DNA of 64,000 bases from an uncultured Planctomycetia bacterium. GTDB taxonomy: Bacteria; Omnitrophota; Gorgyraeia; Tantalellales; Tantalellaceae. Below the pieces are notes generated by a model, which saw only the letters and a list, made by a program, of their open reading frames with translations, did no database searches and was not told where the DNA came from. The DNA lies in NCBI GenBank assembly GCA_964527765.1, contig CAZGQR010000002.1, forward strand, positions 50,986 through 114,985. Direction: 5' to 3'. This document shows positions 1-10,319 of this stretch, one piece after another (position 1 is the stretch's first letter; every line of letters begins with the position of its first letter). Both the position numbers and the translations under genes were made by a program.

Positions 1-774
1 CATGGAGGCCACCAGACCGATCGATATCAATATCAGCGGGAAACTCATCGCGGTGAGAGGGTTTACCATCACGGCCCCTATAGCCATCGTTGCTATTACA
101 GAACCGACATAGGATTCGAAAAGGTCCGCTCCCATCCCGGCCGTGTCCCCGACATTGTCACCTACATTATCCGCTATGACCCCGGGATTTCGCGGATCGT
201 CTTCCGGGATACCGGCTTCGACCTTGCCGACAAGATCGGAACCCATATCCGCGGCTTTAGTGTAAATACCGCCGCCCACGCGCGCGAAAAGAGCTATGGA
301 GCTGGCGCCGAGGGCAAAACCGGTTATGATCGAAGTTTCCTTGGTGATCACGTACCATATGCCCACGCCCATAACACCCAGGGCGGCGACGGTTATGCCC
401 ATGACGGATCCGCCCTTGAAGGCGACATTAAGCGCTTCGGCGGGGCCGGAAGTCCTGGCAGCTTCGCAGGTCCTCGCGCCGGATCTGGTAGATGCCTTCA
501 TTCCGATAAAGCCGGCCAGCATCGAACAGAAAGCGCCGGAGACATATGCTATGGCCGTATAAAGAGAAAGGAACCTTGCTATTACGATGAACAGTATTGC
601 CATGAAAATGAGGATTATACGGTATTCATTCCTCAGGAAGACCATCGCGCCTTTATGGACTTCGTGAGAGATGTCGCGCATTTTTTCAAGACCTTCCGGT
701 CTTCGCAGGACCGTCATGAACGTTACTACGGCGAACAGGATACCGGCAAACCCGAGTACGGGAATAATTATCAT
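1..774 (-). CDS. hppA: K+/H+-translocating membrane pyrophosphatase (HppA). N-terminal ~258 aa; C-terminal part runs off the window edge.
   Basis: Reverse-strand translation from ATG at 774 reads MIIIPVLGFAGIL...GGGIYTKAADMGSDLVGKVEAGIPEDDPRNPGVIADNVGDNVGDTAGMGADLFESYVGS, including the V-PPase signature GDNVGD and DPRNP. Not in the ORF track because it has no stop inside the window. Confidence 0.85.
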   Translation of the reverse strand, partial: MIIIPVLGFAGILFAVVTFMTVLRRPEGLEKMRDISHEVHKGAMVFLRNEYRIILIFMAILFIVIARFLSLYTAIAYVSGAFCSMLAGFIGMKASTRSGARTCEAARTSGPAEALNVAFKGGSVMGITVAALGVMGVGIWYVITKETSIITGFALGASSIALFARVGGGIYTKAADMGSDLVGKVEAGIPEDDPRNPGVIADNVGDNVGDTAGMGADLFESYVGSVIATMAIGAVMVNPLTAMSFPLILISIGLVASM

Positions 775-797
775 AGATCACTCCTTATTTTACAGGA

Positions 798-1172
798 TCA
801 TCCGACGCTTTTCTTGACGTACTTCAAGATCTCATCGGGCCATATGAACTTCGAAAGGACCTTATCCGCTCCTTCTTTCTTTGCCTGTTCGATGAGCTCA
901 TTGGATATAAAAGCGGTAAGCATGAATATAACAACGTCCGCTTTAACTTCCTTTATGCGTTTTAAAAGTTCCACACCGTTCATTTGCGGCATTTTGTAGT
1001 CGATAATGATAAGATCAAAATCCCCCTTTTTTACCATTTCCAGGGCTTGGAGGGGGTCGGTGGTGTAACTGACGTTGTAGTTGGAATCCAGCGTCAGAAC
1101 GTCCGACAGGGACTCACACATGTCCCTGTCATCGTCCACGAGCAATATTTTTGCTTTGGTCTTCTTGTTCAT
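798..1172 (-). CDS. Single-domain response regulator (CheY-like receiver)
   Basis: 124 aa; LLVDDD...DLIIIDYKMP...MLTA receiver motifs; no output domain; ends 4 nt from the upstream kinase gene. Confidence 0.8.
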   Translation of the reverse strand: MNKKTKAKILLVDDDRDMCESLSDVLTLDSNYNVSYTTDPLQALEMVKKGDFDLIIIDYKMPQMNGVELLKRIKEVKADVVIFMLTAFISNELIEQAKKEGADKVLSKFIWPDEILKYVKKSVG

Positions 1173-2950
1173 CTTGGCAGAATTTTTGAGGAAGGCAGTT
1201 TTATGATAAAACAGGTGCCTTTTTCGCTTGTCTCCTCCAGGTAGAGGTGGCCGCCGTTCGCCTCTATTATGGATTTGGAAATAGGCAGCCCCAGCCCCGT
1301 GCCCGTTATTTTGGAGCTGTAAAACAGGTTGAATATCTTTGTCTGGACGCTTTCCATTATCCCGTGGCCCGTATCGCAGATGCGGATGCAGACTTTTGAG
1401 TCGTCGTCGGACGGGAACACCTTTATTATCAGTTTGCCCTTGCTCCCCATGGCCTGTATCGAATTAAGGACCAGGTTCCGCAGCACGCTGTAAAGCTGGT
1501 GGAAATCCATGAACACCATCAGGGCTTCTTCTTTCTCAAAGGAGACTTCTCTTTCTATGCTTTCCGGTGTATCCATGTCCTTGAGGACCGCTTCTATGCA
1601 TTCTTTCACCGAAACGGTCGAGGCCATTTCCGCTTTTACGCGGGAGTAACTGAGGATACTTTCAAGGATGTTACTGGAAAGCTTTATTTTATCTTCCAGC
1701 ATCCGCAGCCTTTTTTCGAACAGTTCCCTGTTTTCGCTGCCTTCTTTACGCAGAAGGAATACGGAATTGTTTATAATGCTGAGCGGGGTCCTGAGCTCAT
1801 GCGCGATCTGCCCGGCCAGTTTTCCCAGCACCGCCAGTTTGTCTTTTTCGACCATCTTCTGGCTCATGATCTGTATCTGCCGGGTTTTCATTTTCACGGT
1901 GGCGTTCAACGATGTCACCCACAAGAGCCCCATCAATACCAGCATTATGCCCGTGATCCCCCCGATGATCATGGCGACCATTTTCCAGGGGAAGGCTTCT
2001 ACAAGGTACAGCCCGAACCACTTTCTTCTGAGCCTGTCCAGTGTACCGTTTTTATCAAGTGTCGTTATGCCCCGGTTGATCTCTTTCAAGAGGGCCGTCT
2101 CGTTTTTTCTCACGGCCAGCGCGTATTTATAAGCCTGGCCTACCGGGGGGCCGACGATCTTGATATTTTTGATCTTTTTCTGCTGGATATAGAACAGGGC
2201 CACGTCTTTTTCCGCTATGACGGCCGTGACTTCTTTGTTTTTCAGCTTGGAGAGAGCTTCAAAGACCGATTCGGTTTCAAGCAGTTTTATGCGCTCGTCT
2301 TTTTGCAGTTCGTTTATGATGAGGCAGCTTTTACACACACCTACGACCGTGCCCCTGAGCGATTTTACGGAATTGACGTAACGGTTGGTCGTTTCAACGA
2401 ATATGGCAAAATCGATCTCCGCCACCGGCTCCGAATAGTCCATGTATCTTTCGCGTTCCTTGTAAACAGGGGCGCCTATGAGCCCGTTGATATGCCCCGC
2501 TCTCAGCTCCGACAGGCATTTTTCCCAGGGCATCAATTTTATGGTGATGTCTTTGTTGATGGTGGCGGAAAGTATCTTTACGAGGTCGATGGAATAACCG
2601 GTAGGTTCCTCCTCAACTACGGTAACGGTGACCAGTTCCTGGCGGGCATCCAGCGCCGAAAGGGTCTGTTCGGGGAAGTAAGAGTACGGAGCGAACTTGG
2701 CATTTCCCGCGAATACAACGGTCTTTTTCCTGATCCCCGGCTCTCTCGTGGCCTCCGTCAATTCACGCGCCTTTTCGCGTGTCATCCGCGCCTTTTCCTG
2801 GGCCTCTTTCTTTGCTTCTATTTCCATCTGCCACCCGGGTGTCGTTTTTTCTCCGGGGTTCCCCTCGGCCGCTATCTCCGGGGGCGCAATAAAGCCGGCG
2901 GAAACGACGATAACCGTCAGTAGTATGAACAGGGACAAAAACTTCCGCAT
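1169..2950 (-). CDS. Sensor histidine kinase with periplasmic solute-binding (SBP_bac_3-like) domains
   Basis: 593 aa; N-terminal signal/TM segment, two periplasmic substrate-binding-like segments, a second TM, a HisKA H-box (HELRTPLSII) and a HATPase_c G-box (DTGHGI...GTGLGL). Confidence 0.8.
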   Translation of the reverse strand: MRKFLSLFILLTVIVVSAGFIAPPEIAAEGNPGEKTTPGWQMEIEAKKEAQEKARMTREKARELTEATREPGIRKKTVVFAGNAKFAPYSYFPEQTLSALDARQELVTVTVVEEEPTGYSIDLVKILSATINKDITIKLMPWEKCLSELRAGHINGLIGAPVYKERERYMDYSEPVAEIDFAIFVETTNRYVNSVKSLRGTVVGVCKSCLIINELQKDERIKLLETESVFEALSKLKNKEVTAVIAEKDVALFYIQQKKIKNIKIVGPPVGQAYKYALAVRKNETALLKEINRGITTLDKNGTLDRLRRKWFGLYLVEAFPWKMVAMIIGGITGIMLVLMGLLWVTSLNATVKMKTRQIQIMSQKMVEKDKLAVLGKLAGQIAHELRTPLSIINNSVFLLRKEGSENRELFEKRLRMLEDKIKLSSNILESILSYSRVKAEMASTVSVKECIEAVLKDMDTPESIEREVSFEKEEALMVFMDFHQLYSVLRNLVLNSIQAMGSKGKLIIKVFPSDDDSKVCIRICDTGHGIMESVQTKIFNLFYSSKITGTGLGLPISKSIIEANGGHLYLEETSEKGTCFIIKLPSSKILPR

Positions 2951-2987
2951 ATTTAACCAGCTGTTTCTTTTATGAATTAAGGTATTT

Positions 2988-4145
2988 TTGAGAATATTGG
3001 CCGTTCGTATTACTCATAATTATATATTGCCGACCGGTGTTATGCAAGCCCCATTAATCATGCGGGTTGAGTTGCTCTTGTCAGGGGGAAATGCTACAAT
3101 AGGCGGAACAGGCGCGGGCAGGATAAGTAAAGATTTCACTTATTGGCGCATGGATGTTAAAATAAGTTCTGGCAGATATCCGCAATCGTTTGTTGGGAAG
3201 AATATGGTGAACGAGAACGCGTTAAAAGCTGTATTTAGAGGTTCATTGAAGCTCCGGCCCACGGAATCCTGCCTCGTAGTTACCGACACGGCCAAAGAAG
3301 CTATAGGTCGCGCCTTTTATGAATACGCCTGCCGCATAACTCCACGGGCCAGGATCGTTGTGATGGATCCGACGAAAGAGCACGGCGTCGAACCGCCGCA
3401 GGATGTCAGCCGGGAAATGCTGCGGCACGACGTCCAGATACTGGTGACGGATAAGTCCCTGACCCATACCCGCGCCAGGAGGGAAGCTACCGCAAAAGGG
3501 GCCAGGATAGCAACGATGCCGTCCATAACCGAGGATATCGCGAACAGGTGCCTTGATATCGATTACAACGCGCTTAAGAAAGAATCAACCCGTATTTACG
3601 ACATACTGAGAAAGACCCTGAAGGTGCGCGTGGTCACGGAATTAGGGACGGATATCACGTTTACGGTCGGGGCGAGCGAATTTTTCGGCAAAGAGGGCGG
3701 GGCGTTTGATTATCCCGGGGCTTTCGGGAATCTGCCGGAGGGAGAGATATCCTTCGGGCCCGACACATGCGAGGGGGTGTATGTTGTCGATGCGTCATTT
3801 CCGGACCTGGGGCTTCTAGAATCTCCTCTTACGTTCAGTGTAACCGGATGCAGGGTTCGTGATATCACGGGCGCGCGCGCCCGTGAAGTGATCCGGCGCC
3901 TGGACCGCGTCGGCCCGGGGGCGTACCGGGTGGCGGAACTGGGCATAGGGCTCAATCCCAAGGCGAAGGTGATCGGAAACATCCTGGAGGACGAAAAGGT
4001 CATAGGGACGGCGCATATAGCCGTCGGGAACAACCTTTCCTACGGCGGGGATAACGACGTTCCGCTGCATCTGGACGGGGTGATCACCGGACCGGACATT
4101 TACGCGGACGGCAAAAAGTTGATGGAAAAAGGAAGATTTGTCTGA
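2988..4145 (+). CDS. M29-family aminopeptidase (AmpS/PepS-like)
   Basis: GIGLNPKAKVIGNILEDEKVIGTAHIAVGNN and the overall layout look like thermophilic aminopeptidase T/S. The true start may be the internal ATG at 3204 (MVNENAL...). Confidence 0.6.
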   Translation: MRILAVRITHNYILPTGVMQAPLIMRVELLLSGGNATIGGTGAGRISKDFTYWRMDVKISSGRYPQSFVGKNMVNENALKAVFRGSLKLRPTESCLVVTDTAKEAIGRAFYEYACRITPRARIVVMDPTKEHGVEPPQDVSREMLRHDVQILVTDKSLTHTRARREATAKGARIATMPSITEDIANRCLDIDYNALKKESTRIYDILRKTLKVRVVTELGTDITFTVGASEFFGKEGGAFDYPGAFGNLPEGEISFGPDTCEGVYVVDASFPDLGLLESPLTFSVTGCRVRDITGARAREVIRRLDRVGPGAYRVAELGIGLNPKAKVIGNILEDEKVIGTAHIAVGNNLSYGGDNDVPLHLDGVITGPDIYADGKKLMEKGRFV

Positions 4146-4200
4146 TATTGCCATTCCCGCGGGAGCGGGGATCTATGAAAAAATCAGGGAACGGGAGAAC

Positions 4201-4923
4201 ATGAAAAAAGCGGTCGCTATAATCCTTGCCGGCGGCACCGGCGAGCGCATGAGGGGGACGATACCCAAACAGTTTTTGGAATTGGGCGGCAGGCCCGTTA
4301 TTGCGCGCACGCTCGAGCAGTTCGAAAGGAACGCCTTGATCTCACGTATCGTAGTTGTCTGTCATAAAGATCATGTGGAGGAACTGGAAGGACTTGTAAG
4401 GCAAAACGGGATCAAAAAGGTCTGCACGATCGTCCGGGGAGGGAAGACCAGACAGGAATCCTCCTTTATCGGCGTGAAAAGCTGCCCGCCGGATACGGAA
4501 CTCGTCCTTATCCACGATGCCGTGAGGCCCTTCGTTGATGAAAGGATCATCAAGGATACCCTGTCGGCGGCCGGGAAATCGGGGGCGGCGGGGCCCGTTA
4601 TCGATGCGGCCGATACCATAATCATAAAAAGGGGGGATTTCATCGAGGGTATCCCGGACAGGGAAGACGTTAAAAGGATGCAGACCCCGCAGGGCTTCCG
4701 TTACGGGACGATACTTAAGGCCCACCAGTGGGCCCTGAAGAACGGCATTAAAGACTCCACGGATGATTGCGGCCTGGTCCTGGGCACGGGCGCGCCCGTG
4801 AAAGCGGTGAATGGCTCCGCGAGAAATATCAAGATCACTGACCGGGCTGACATGTTTCTTGCGGAAAGGCTTGTCTCCCCGGGAAAAGGCCGGACAGGGA
4901 AGAAGGGGGATATCGGCGGATGA
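4201..4923 (+). CDS. IspD/TarI-family sugar-phosphate cytidylyltransferase
   Basis: MKKAVAIILAGGTGERMRGTIPKQFLELGGRPVI...; the GT-A nucleotidyltransferase fold motifs GxGxR and PKQFL resemble ribitol-5-P/MEP cytidylyltransferases. Its position inside the glycan cluster argues for a glycan precursor role over isoprenoid synthesis. The track ORF begins at 4138; the ATG at 4201 has a GGGAG RBS. Confidence 0.7.
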   Translation: MKKAVAIILAGGTGERMRGTIPKQFLELGGRPVIARTLEQFERNALISRIVVVCHKDHVEELEGLVRQNGIKKVCTIVRGGKTRQESSFIGVKSCPPDTELVLIHDAVRPFVDERIIKDTLSAAGKSGAAGPVIDAADTIIIKRGDFIEGIPDREDVKRMQTPQGFRYGTILKAHQWALKNGIKDSTDDCGLVLGTGAPVKAVNGSARNIKITDRADMFLAERLVSPGKGRTGKKGDIGG

Positions 4924-6329
4924 AAAGGGACGTAAGCGTCATTCTGGTCTGCCTGATCGTTGTTGTTTTTTTCATTCGTATCGGGAGTTTCAGCAGGGAA
5001 CACAATTTTACCTACGATGAGGTGGTATATTCCACGCTTGCCGCTCAAATAAGCGAAAATCCCGCGAATTACAACACAATGGGGCTTTATCAGCGGGACT
5101 CGCAGAAAGGGCGGGAACTGCCGGAATATTTCAAAGAGCCCCTGTTCAAGCACCCGCCTTTATTTGCGCGGCTCATCACGTTCAGCTACGGGCTGTTCGG
5201 GAGGACATATTTTTCCGCTTTCAAGGTATCGCTGTTCTTCGGGATCCTTTTGATAGCCCTTGCATATCTTTTGGGCTCGGCGCTGTTCGATAACAGGACC
5301 GGCGTGTACGCGGCTTTCCTCATGTCGATAGAACCGGTTATCTGGGTATCCTCACAGAAGATATGGATGGAGACGACGCTTGCCTTTTTCACCGTTTTGT
5401 CGCTTTATCTCTTTGCGCGCTCGATCAAGAAGTATAACCCTTATTTTATGATATCAAGCGGTGTATCCGCGGGGCTTGCCCTTCTTACCAAGTATCCCGG
5501 GATATTGGCTGTGGGGATAATCTTTTTGTATGCCTTGTGCGGTGAACGCTGGCTTTTCAGGAAGAAGACCTTTATTTTCAGCCTGCTCATTCCCTTTGCG
5601 ATGCTCGTGCCGTGGCTGGAATGGAATTACAGGATATACGGAACGGGGCTTTTTACGGCAAACGTGGAAATAGGTCAGATCCTGGGAAAGGTAGATCTTT
5701 TGATGAAGGATTTCTGGGGAATTTTTATCCTCGCAGCTGTAGTGTTAGTGTGTTTAATGGTAGTAAAGAAAAAGTCCCCGGATTTTTATGGGCGGATCTT
5801 GCTGCCTAAATTGAAAGTTTTTGAACGGATATTCATTATCGCCTTATTCTTCGCCGTTATTTTTATATTGCGGGGACATATTATCAACGCTTTGGACCTT
5901 GTTCATGTGCCCAGGGCAGGGTGGGAAATGGGTATGTTCTACAATGAACCCTGGTATTTTTATCTCGGGAGGCTTGCTGAGCTTTCGCCTTTTTACATTT
6001 TTTCTTTCGGCGGCCTGCTTCTCCTCATTTTTGACCGGCGGCATTCAAGGGAGTATTCGTTTCTTTTTCTTGTCTCCGCCGTCATTCTCGCGTTTTATAT
6101 TTTATGGGGGAATTACCAGTGCAGGTATGTCTCTGCCGCGGTGGTGCCCCTGATGGTGCTATCCTCCAAAACGCAATTGTTTATCGCGGATGCTTTCGGC
6201 AGGTTCCGTTCGAAACAGATGAGGTATGTGGCATATGCCTGCGCTTTATTGATCGTGGCGTACGCCGCTCTGAAGACACTGCGGATAGATATCATTTTGG
6301 CTGTTCCGAATAATATCTGTTATTTTTAG
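4920..6329 (+). CDS. GT39/GT83-type polyprenyl-phosphate-sugar glycosyltransferase (ArnT/PMT-like), polytopic membrane protein
   Basis: 469 aa and about 11 predicted TM segments; N-terminal region FKHPPLFARLITFSYGLFG is typical of the PMT_2/ArnT family. Confidence 0.65.
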   Translation: MKRDVSVILVCLIVVVFFIRIGSFSREHNFTYDEVVYSTLAAQISENPANYNTMGLYQRDSQKGRELPEYFKEPLFKHPPLFARLITFSYGLFGRTYFSAFKVSLFFGILLIALAYLLGSALFDNRTGVYAAFLMSIEPVIWVSSQKIWMETTLAFFTVLSLYLFARSIKKYNPYFMISSGVSAGLALLTKYPGILAVGIIFLYALCGERWLFRKKTFIFSLLIPFAMLVPWLEWNYRIYGTGLFTANVEIGQILGKVDLLMKDFWGIFILAAVVLVCLMVVKKKSPDFYGRILLPKLKVFERIFIIALFFAVIFILRGHIINALDLVHVPRAGWEMGMFYNEPWYFYLGRLAELSPFYIFSFGGLLLLIFDRRHSREYSFLFLVSAVILAFYILWGNYQCRYVSAAVVPLMVLSSKTQLFIADAFGRFRSKQMRYVAYACALLIVAYAALKTLRIDIILAVPNNICYF

Positions 6330-6341
6330 CTGAATCACAAG

Positions 6342-7814
6342 ATGATCATAACTCCTTTTGGCAGAAAGGTCGTAAGAGGCGGCGCGTGGGTCTTTGTGAC
6401 GCGTGCCCTTGTTCAATTAATCGCTTTCGTACGTACTATTGTTTTAGCCCGGCTTCTCGCCCCCAATGATTTCGGCCTTTTCGGCATAGCGCTTTTAATG
6501 CTGTCGATGTTCAGCGCCTTTTCGCAGACCGGATTTCGCCAGGCGTTGATCCAGAAAAAGGAAAATACGGATCTTTACTTAAATACAGCCTGGACGCTCG
6601 GCGTAATAAGAGGCGGGTTAATCGCTATTGTGCTTTTTTTCGGAGCGCCTTACGTGTCGGTTTTTTTCGAGGCCCCGGCTGCCGCGCCTATCCTGCGGAT
6701 TATAGGGCTGGCCATTATCTTGGAAGGTTTGACCAATGTTGCTGTTGTGTATTTTGAGAAGGAACTCCAGTTCCATAAGTATTTTGTTTATCAGCTAACC
6801 GGTGTGATTGTCGACCTGACCGTGGCCGTCAGCGCCGCTTTTATTCTTCGCAGCGCCTGGGCGCTTATTTTCGGTTATCTGGCCGGCGCACTGACAAGAT
6901 GCGTCATCTCATACGTGATCGATCCGTACCGCCCGAAAATAAGTTTTGAGATCGACAGGGCAAAAGAGCTTTTCGGCTTCGGTAAATGGGTCCTCGGGTC
7001 AAGCATATTGGCTTTTCTGATCCTGCACGGTGATGATATCTTCGTGGGCAGACTATTGGGAGCAACAGCTCTGGGTCTTTATCAAATGGCTTACCTTATT
7101 TCCAATCTGCCGGCTACGGAAATAACCAACATAGTTGCCCAGGTCACGTTCCCGGCTTATTCAAAAATGCAGGATGATATACCAAGGTTGAGAGATAATT
7201 ACTGGAAGATCCTCAATATTACGACGTTTTTGTCCTTTCCCGCGACGGGCTTGATATTCGTGCTGGCGCCGGATTTCACGAGAATATTTTTAGGGGAAAA
7301 GTGGATGCCCATGGTACCCGCGATACAGGTGCTGGTGTGGTGGGGAGGCATAAGGTCGATGACAGGGGTGAACGGGTCGCTGTTCCGGGCCGTTAAAAAA
7401 CCGGACATCGCCACCAAGCTGAGCGGCCTGAGGTTGCTTATTCTGGTCATTCTGATTTATCCACTGATTGTTAGACTGGGAATAGTGGGAGCGTCTTTGG
7501 CCGTACTCGTATCCTCGGTAGCGGTAATACCGGCTTCAGTCTGGATTGTCGCTAAGGATGTTCTGAAAAGTGGAAAAAGCTTTATTCTCAAGGCAGCGTT
7601 TATTCCTTTTCTCAGCACCATTACCGTAATTTTGCTGGGCTCTTTTTTTATACCGCATAAACTTTCCGTTCCCGGTTTCTTGTCATTTGCTCTCGCAATG
7701 ATGGTCGGTTATGTTTTGCTGGCTTATGCGCTCGATAAGATCTTAAAACACGGGATGTGGGTTAATTTGAGGTTCCTGTTGTTGCATATGATAAGGCGGG
7801 AAGATGAAACTTGA
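6342..7814 (+). CDS. Wzx-type oligosaccharide flippase (MOP superfamily, polysaccharide biosynthesis protein)
   Basis: 490 aa, 12-14 TM helices, polysaccharide_synt architecture, located in the glycosyltransferase cluster. Confidence 0.7.
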   Translation: MIITPFGRKVVRGGAWVFVTRALVQLIAFVRTIVLARLLAPNDFGLFGIALLMLSMFSAFSQTGFRQALIQKKENTDLYLNTAWTLGVIRGGLIAIVLFFGAPYVSVFFEAPAAAPILRIIGLAIILEGLTNVAVVYFEKELQFHKYFVYQLTGVIVDLTVAVSAAFILRSAWALIFGYLAGALTRCVISYVIDPYRPKISFEIDRAKELFGFGKWVLGSSILAFLILHGDDIFVGRLLGATALGLYQMAYLISNLPATEITNIVAQVTFPAYSKMQDDIPRLRDNYWKILNITTFLSFPATGLIFVLAPDFTRIFLGEKWMPMVPAIQVLVWWGGIRSMTGVNGSLFRAVKKPDIATKLSGLRLLILVILIYPLIVRLGIVGASLAVLVSSVAVIPASVWIVAKDVLKSGKSFILKAAFIPFLSTITVILLGSFFIPHKLSVPGFLSFALAMMVGYVLLAYALDKILKHGMWVNLRFLLLHMIRREDET

Positions 7815-8631
7815 TCGCCCGATTTTTATTGTCGGACACGCGCGGGGAGGCACTACGCTCCTCGCGGCGATAATTAACTGGCATTCTCAGGTCGGCCCTC
7901 GACACAGGAGCCTGGGCGAATTTAATGATATAAACGGTTTTCTCGCTTCGATCCTGGGTTCGCGCAAACATCTTGATTATTCGGAATATCTGGAGAAAAA
8001 AGAAGTGTGGTTTGATTATTTTCCGGGAAAAGATGTTTTTACCCATATGGGAAGAGAATTAATAGTTGAGGAACTGGTTCTTGATGATGCGCAGATCGAT
8101 GAATTAGTATCACGGCTGATAGTTGATTTCCGCCAGGAGCGCTTTTTATGCAAAGCCCCCACAAATTCTTTCCGGGTGAAAGTGATCCCGAAGATATTTC
8201 CCGGCGCAAAGGTGATCGCTGTGTACAGGGACGGTCCCTCTGTTGTCAGCTCCTGGGGGCAAAGGTCCTATGGTTTCGGCAAACCCGTTTTTTGGGGAAA
8301 AGAAAGACATATAAGACTTGGGTATAGGACAGGCATCAAAATATTCGCAAGGAAATGGAATGAGACCCTGGAATATCTGGAGTCTTGCAGGGAGCAAATG
8401 GGATTCATGGCTGTGCGGTATAGCGATCTGGTTGAAAACACATCAGAAACGCTGGAAAAGCTGATGAATTATCTGGAGCTGCCCGTCGAGGATTATATTT
8501 ACCGGGTAAAGCTGAAGAACCGCAATCCTCAGTGGAAAGAGAAGGTCCCCCGGCGATATCACAGGTTTTTGCTCGAAGAGACCGAAAAGGGAAGAAAATT
8601 TTTAGAGGCAATCGGAGAGAATGATACGTAA
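7804..8631 (+). CDS. Sulfotransferase-family protein
   Basis: N-terminal FIVGHARGGTTLL matches the 5'-PSB P-loop-like PAPS-binding motif of the Sulfotransfer_1/3 families; 275 aa. Confidence 0.6.
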   Translation: MKLDRPIFIVGHARGGTTLLAAIINWHSQVGPRHRSLGEFNDINGFLASILGSRKHLDYSEYLEKKEVWFDYFPGKDVFTHMGRELIVEELVLDDAQIDELVSRLIVDFRQERFLCKAPTNSFRVKVIPKIFPGAKVIAVYRDGPSVVSSWGQRSYGFGKPVFWGKERHIRLGYRTGIKIFARKWNETLEYLESCREQMGFMAVRYSDLVENTSETLEKLMNYLELPVEDYIYRVKLKNRNPQWKEKVPRRYHRFLLEETEKGRKFLEAIGENDT

Positions 8632-9307
8632 AATAATGCGAAAATTTAAGAACGCCTTTAGATCTGCGGCAAGGGCTTTTTTATGCATTGTATCGCTTGA
8701 ACACGCCGCTAAGGGTGGAGGCGGAAGACAGGCAGCCACGAAATTGGACGGCATAAGAAAGGATCACATAGGCAGATATCTTTTTGCATGCCAGTTCATA
8801 AAAAAGGACGATGTGGTATTAGACTGCGCTTGCGGGACGGGTTACGGGGCTTCGATCCTGGCGAACAGGACCGGAGCGTCAAAGGTCATAGCTGTTGATA
8901 AGGACAAAAAAGCCATAGATTATGCGCGGAAATATTATTCTACCCCCGGGGTAAATTACAGAAGAGAAGACATTTTTATGTTTAATGCTCCAAATGCCTA
9001 TTTTGATGTTATAATTTCACTTGAAACTATTGAGCATTTGGACGGGACCGCTATCATGAAATATTTTCACGATAAGTTAAAGCCCAAAGGCCTGCTTATT
9101 GTTTCCACGCCAAATGAAGAAAAAGTTCCGTTCAATAAAAGAGATTTTCCATTTCATTTGAGGCATTATACTCTCGAAGAATTTTCTGAGCTGTTGATTG
9201 ATAATGGTTTTGCGATAAAAGGCAGATTTACGCAATATAGCCGTGATATGCAAAAAGTTTCCGAGGGATGGGGCGGCTTATACAATATTGCCGTGGCGGA
9301 AAAATAG
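8621..9307 (+). CDS. Class I SAM-dependent methyltransferase
   Basis: Motif I VLDCACGTGYGASILA, followed by an acidic post-I loop (VDKDKKAIDYA). Confidence 0.75.
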   Translation: MIRKIMRKFKNAFRSAARAFLCIVSLEHAAKGGGGRQAATKLDGIRKDHIGRYLFACQFIKKDDVVLDCACGTGYGASILANRTGASKVIAVDKDKKAIDYARKYYSTPGVNYRREDIFMFNAPNAYFDVIISLETIEHLDGTAIMKYFHDKLKPKGLLIVSTPNEEKVPFNKRDFPFHLRHYTLEEFSELLIDNGFAIKGRFTQYSRDMQKVSEGWGGLYNIAVAEK

Positions 9308-9329
9308 AAAAAAAGAAGGCTGATATAAC

Positions 9330-10295
9330 ATGATCTTGAAAAGAGCTAAAAAGATACTCGAGTTCCAGGTCAAAGCGGTTGAAGGCCTGATGAAGAAAAT
9401 GGATAATAATTTCGTCAAAGCGGTCAAGATAATCCTATCCTGTAAAGGCCGGGTGGTCCTTACCGGCATGGGAAAGCCCGGGATCATAGCACAAAAAATA
9501 TCCGCCACTTTTTCCTCGACAGGTATCCCGAGTTTATTCCTGCATCCGGCCGAGGCTGTCCATGGGGATCTTGGCAGGGTCACCAGGGATGACGTTATAG
9601 TTGCTTTGTCGGACAGCGGGGAGACGGAAGAGCTTATAAAACTTATTCCGATCTTAAAGGAGATCGGCGCGAAGATCGTTGCTATCAGCGGCGATCCTAG
9701 ATCGACCTTAGCGAAATATTGTAATTGCCTGCTGGATGTCGGCGTGAAGAAAGAAAAAGGCCTTTTAGGCGTTATACCGAGCGCGGCTACCACAGCTATG
9801 CTGGCGATGGGAGACACCCTTGCCCTTATACTTGTCGAGCAGCGGGGGCTTAAGATCGAGGATTTTGCTTTTTACCATCCGGGAGGCACTATCGGCAAAA
9901 GGTTGCTTAAAGTCAAGGATATCATGCGGAAGGGAGCGACGCATGCTATCGTAAAAGAGAAAGAGCCCGTTAAGGAAGTGCTGCTAAAGATAACAAAAGC
10001 GCGCGCGGGAAGCGCAACTGTCGTTGACAATAAAGGCCGCCTGGCCGGCATTTTCACTGACGGCGATCTAAGGCGCAAGATCGAGATAGACCGGGATCTT
10101 CTGGGTAAAAAAGTTAAAGACGTGATGACAAAAAAACCCGTAACCTTAAGAGAAGAGGACCTGGCTGCGGAAGCGCTGAAGATACTCAGGGAGAAGAAGA
10201 TCGACGAAGCGCCTGTAATTGATAAGAACCGGAAGCCGGTAGGGCTGGTGGATGTCCAGGATCTCCTGAAGGCCGGGATCGTGGAAAACACATAG
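9330..10295 (+). CDS. kpsF: Arabinose-5-phosphate isomerase KpsF/GutQ (SIS domain + tandem CBS)
   Basis: SIS-domain motifs GRVVLTGMGKPGIIAQKISATFSSTGIPS...HGDLG followed by a C-terminal CBS pair; 321 aa, the typical KpsF size. Confidence 0.85.
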   Translation: MILKRAKKILEFQVKAVEGLMKKMDNNFVKAVKIILSCKGRVVLTGMGKPGIIAQKISATFSSTGIPSLFLHPAEAVHGDLGRVTRDDVIVALSDSGETEELIKLIPILKEIGAKIVAISGDPRSTLAKYCNCLLDVGVKKEKGLLGVIPSAATTAMLAMGDTLALILVEQRGLKIEDFAFYHPGGTIGKRLLKVKDIMRKGATHAIVKEKEPVKEVLLKITKARAGSATVVDNKGRLAGIFTDGDLRRKIEIDRDLLGKKVKDVMTKKPVTLREEDLAAEALKILREKKIDEAPVIDKNRKPVGLVDVQDLLKAGIVENT

Positions 10296-10319
10296 TTATC
10301 AGAAGAGGAGATTTATCCT

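Noticed and set aside
296-562. 88-aa + strand ORF at the window start
   Set aside because: It lies entirely within the hppA coding region on the opposite strand (GDNVGD motif); there is no RBS and the translation is implausible.
1499-2923. 474-aa ORF on the + strand, fully inside the histidine kinase gene on the opposite strand
   Set aside because: It is antisense to a well-supported kinase (HisKA and HATPase motifs). Its translation is low-complexity (F/H/R-rich) with no recognisable domain, so it is a typical shadow ORF.
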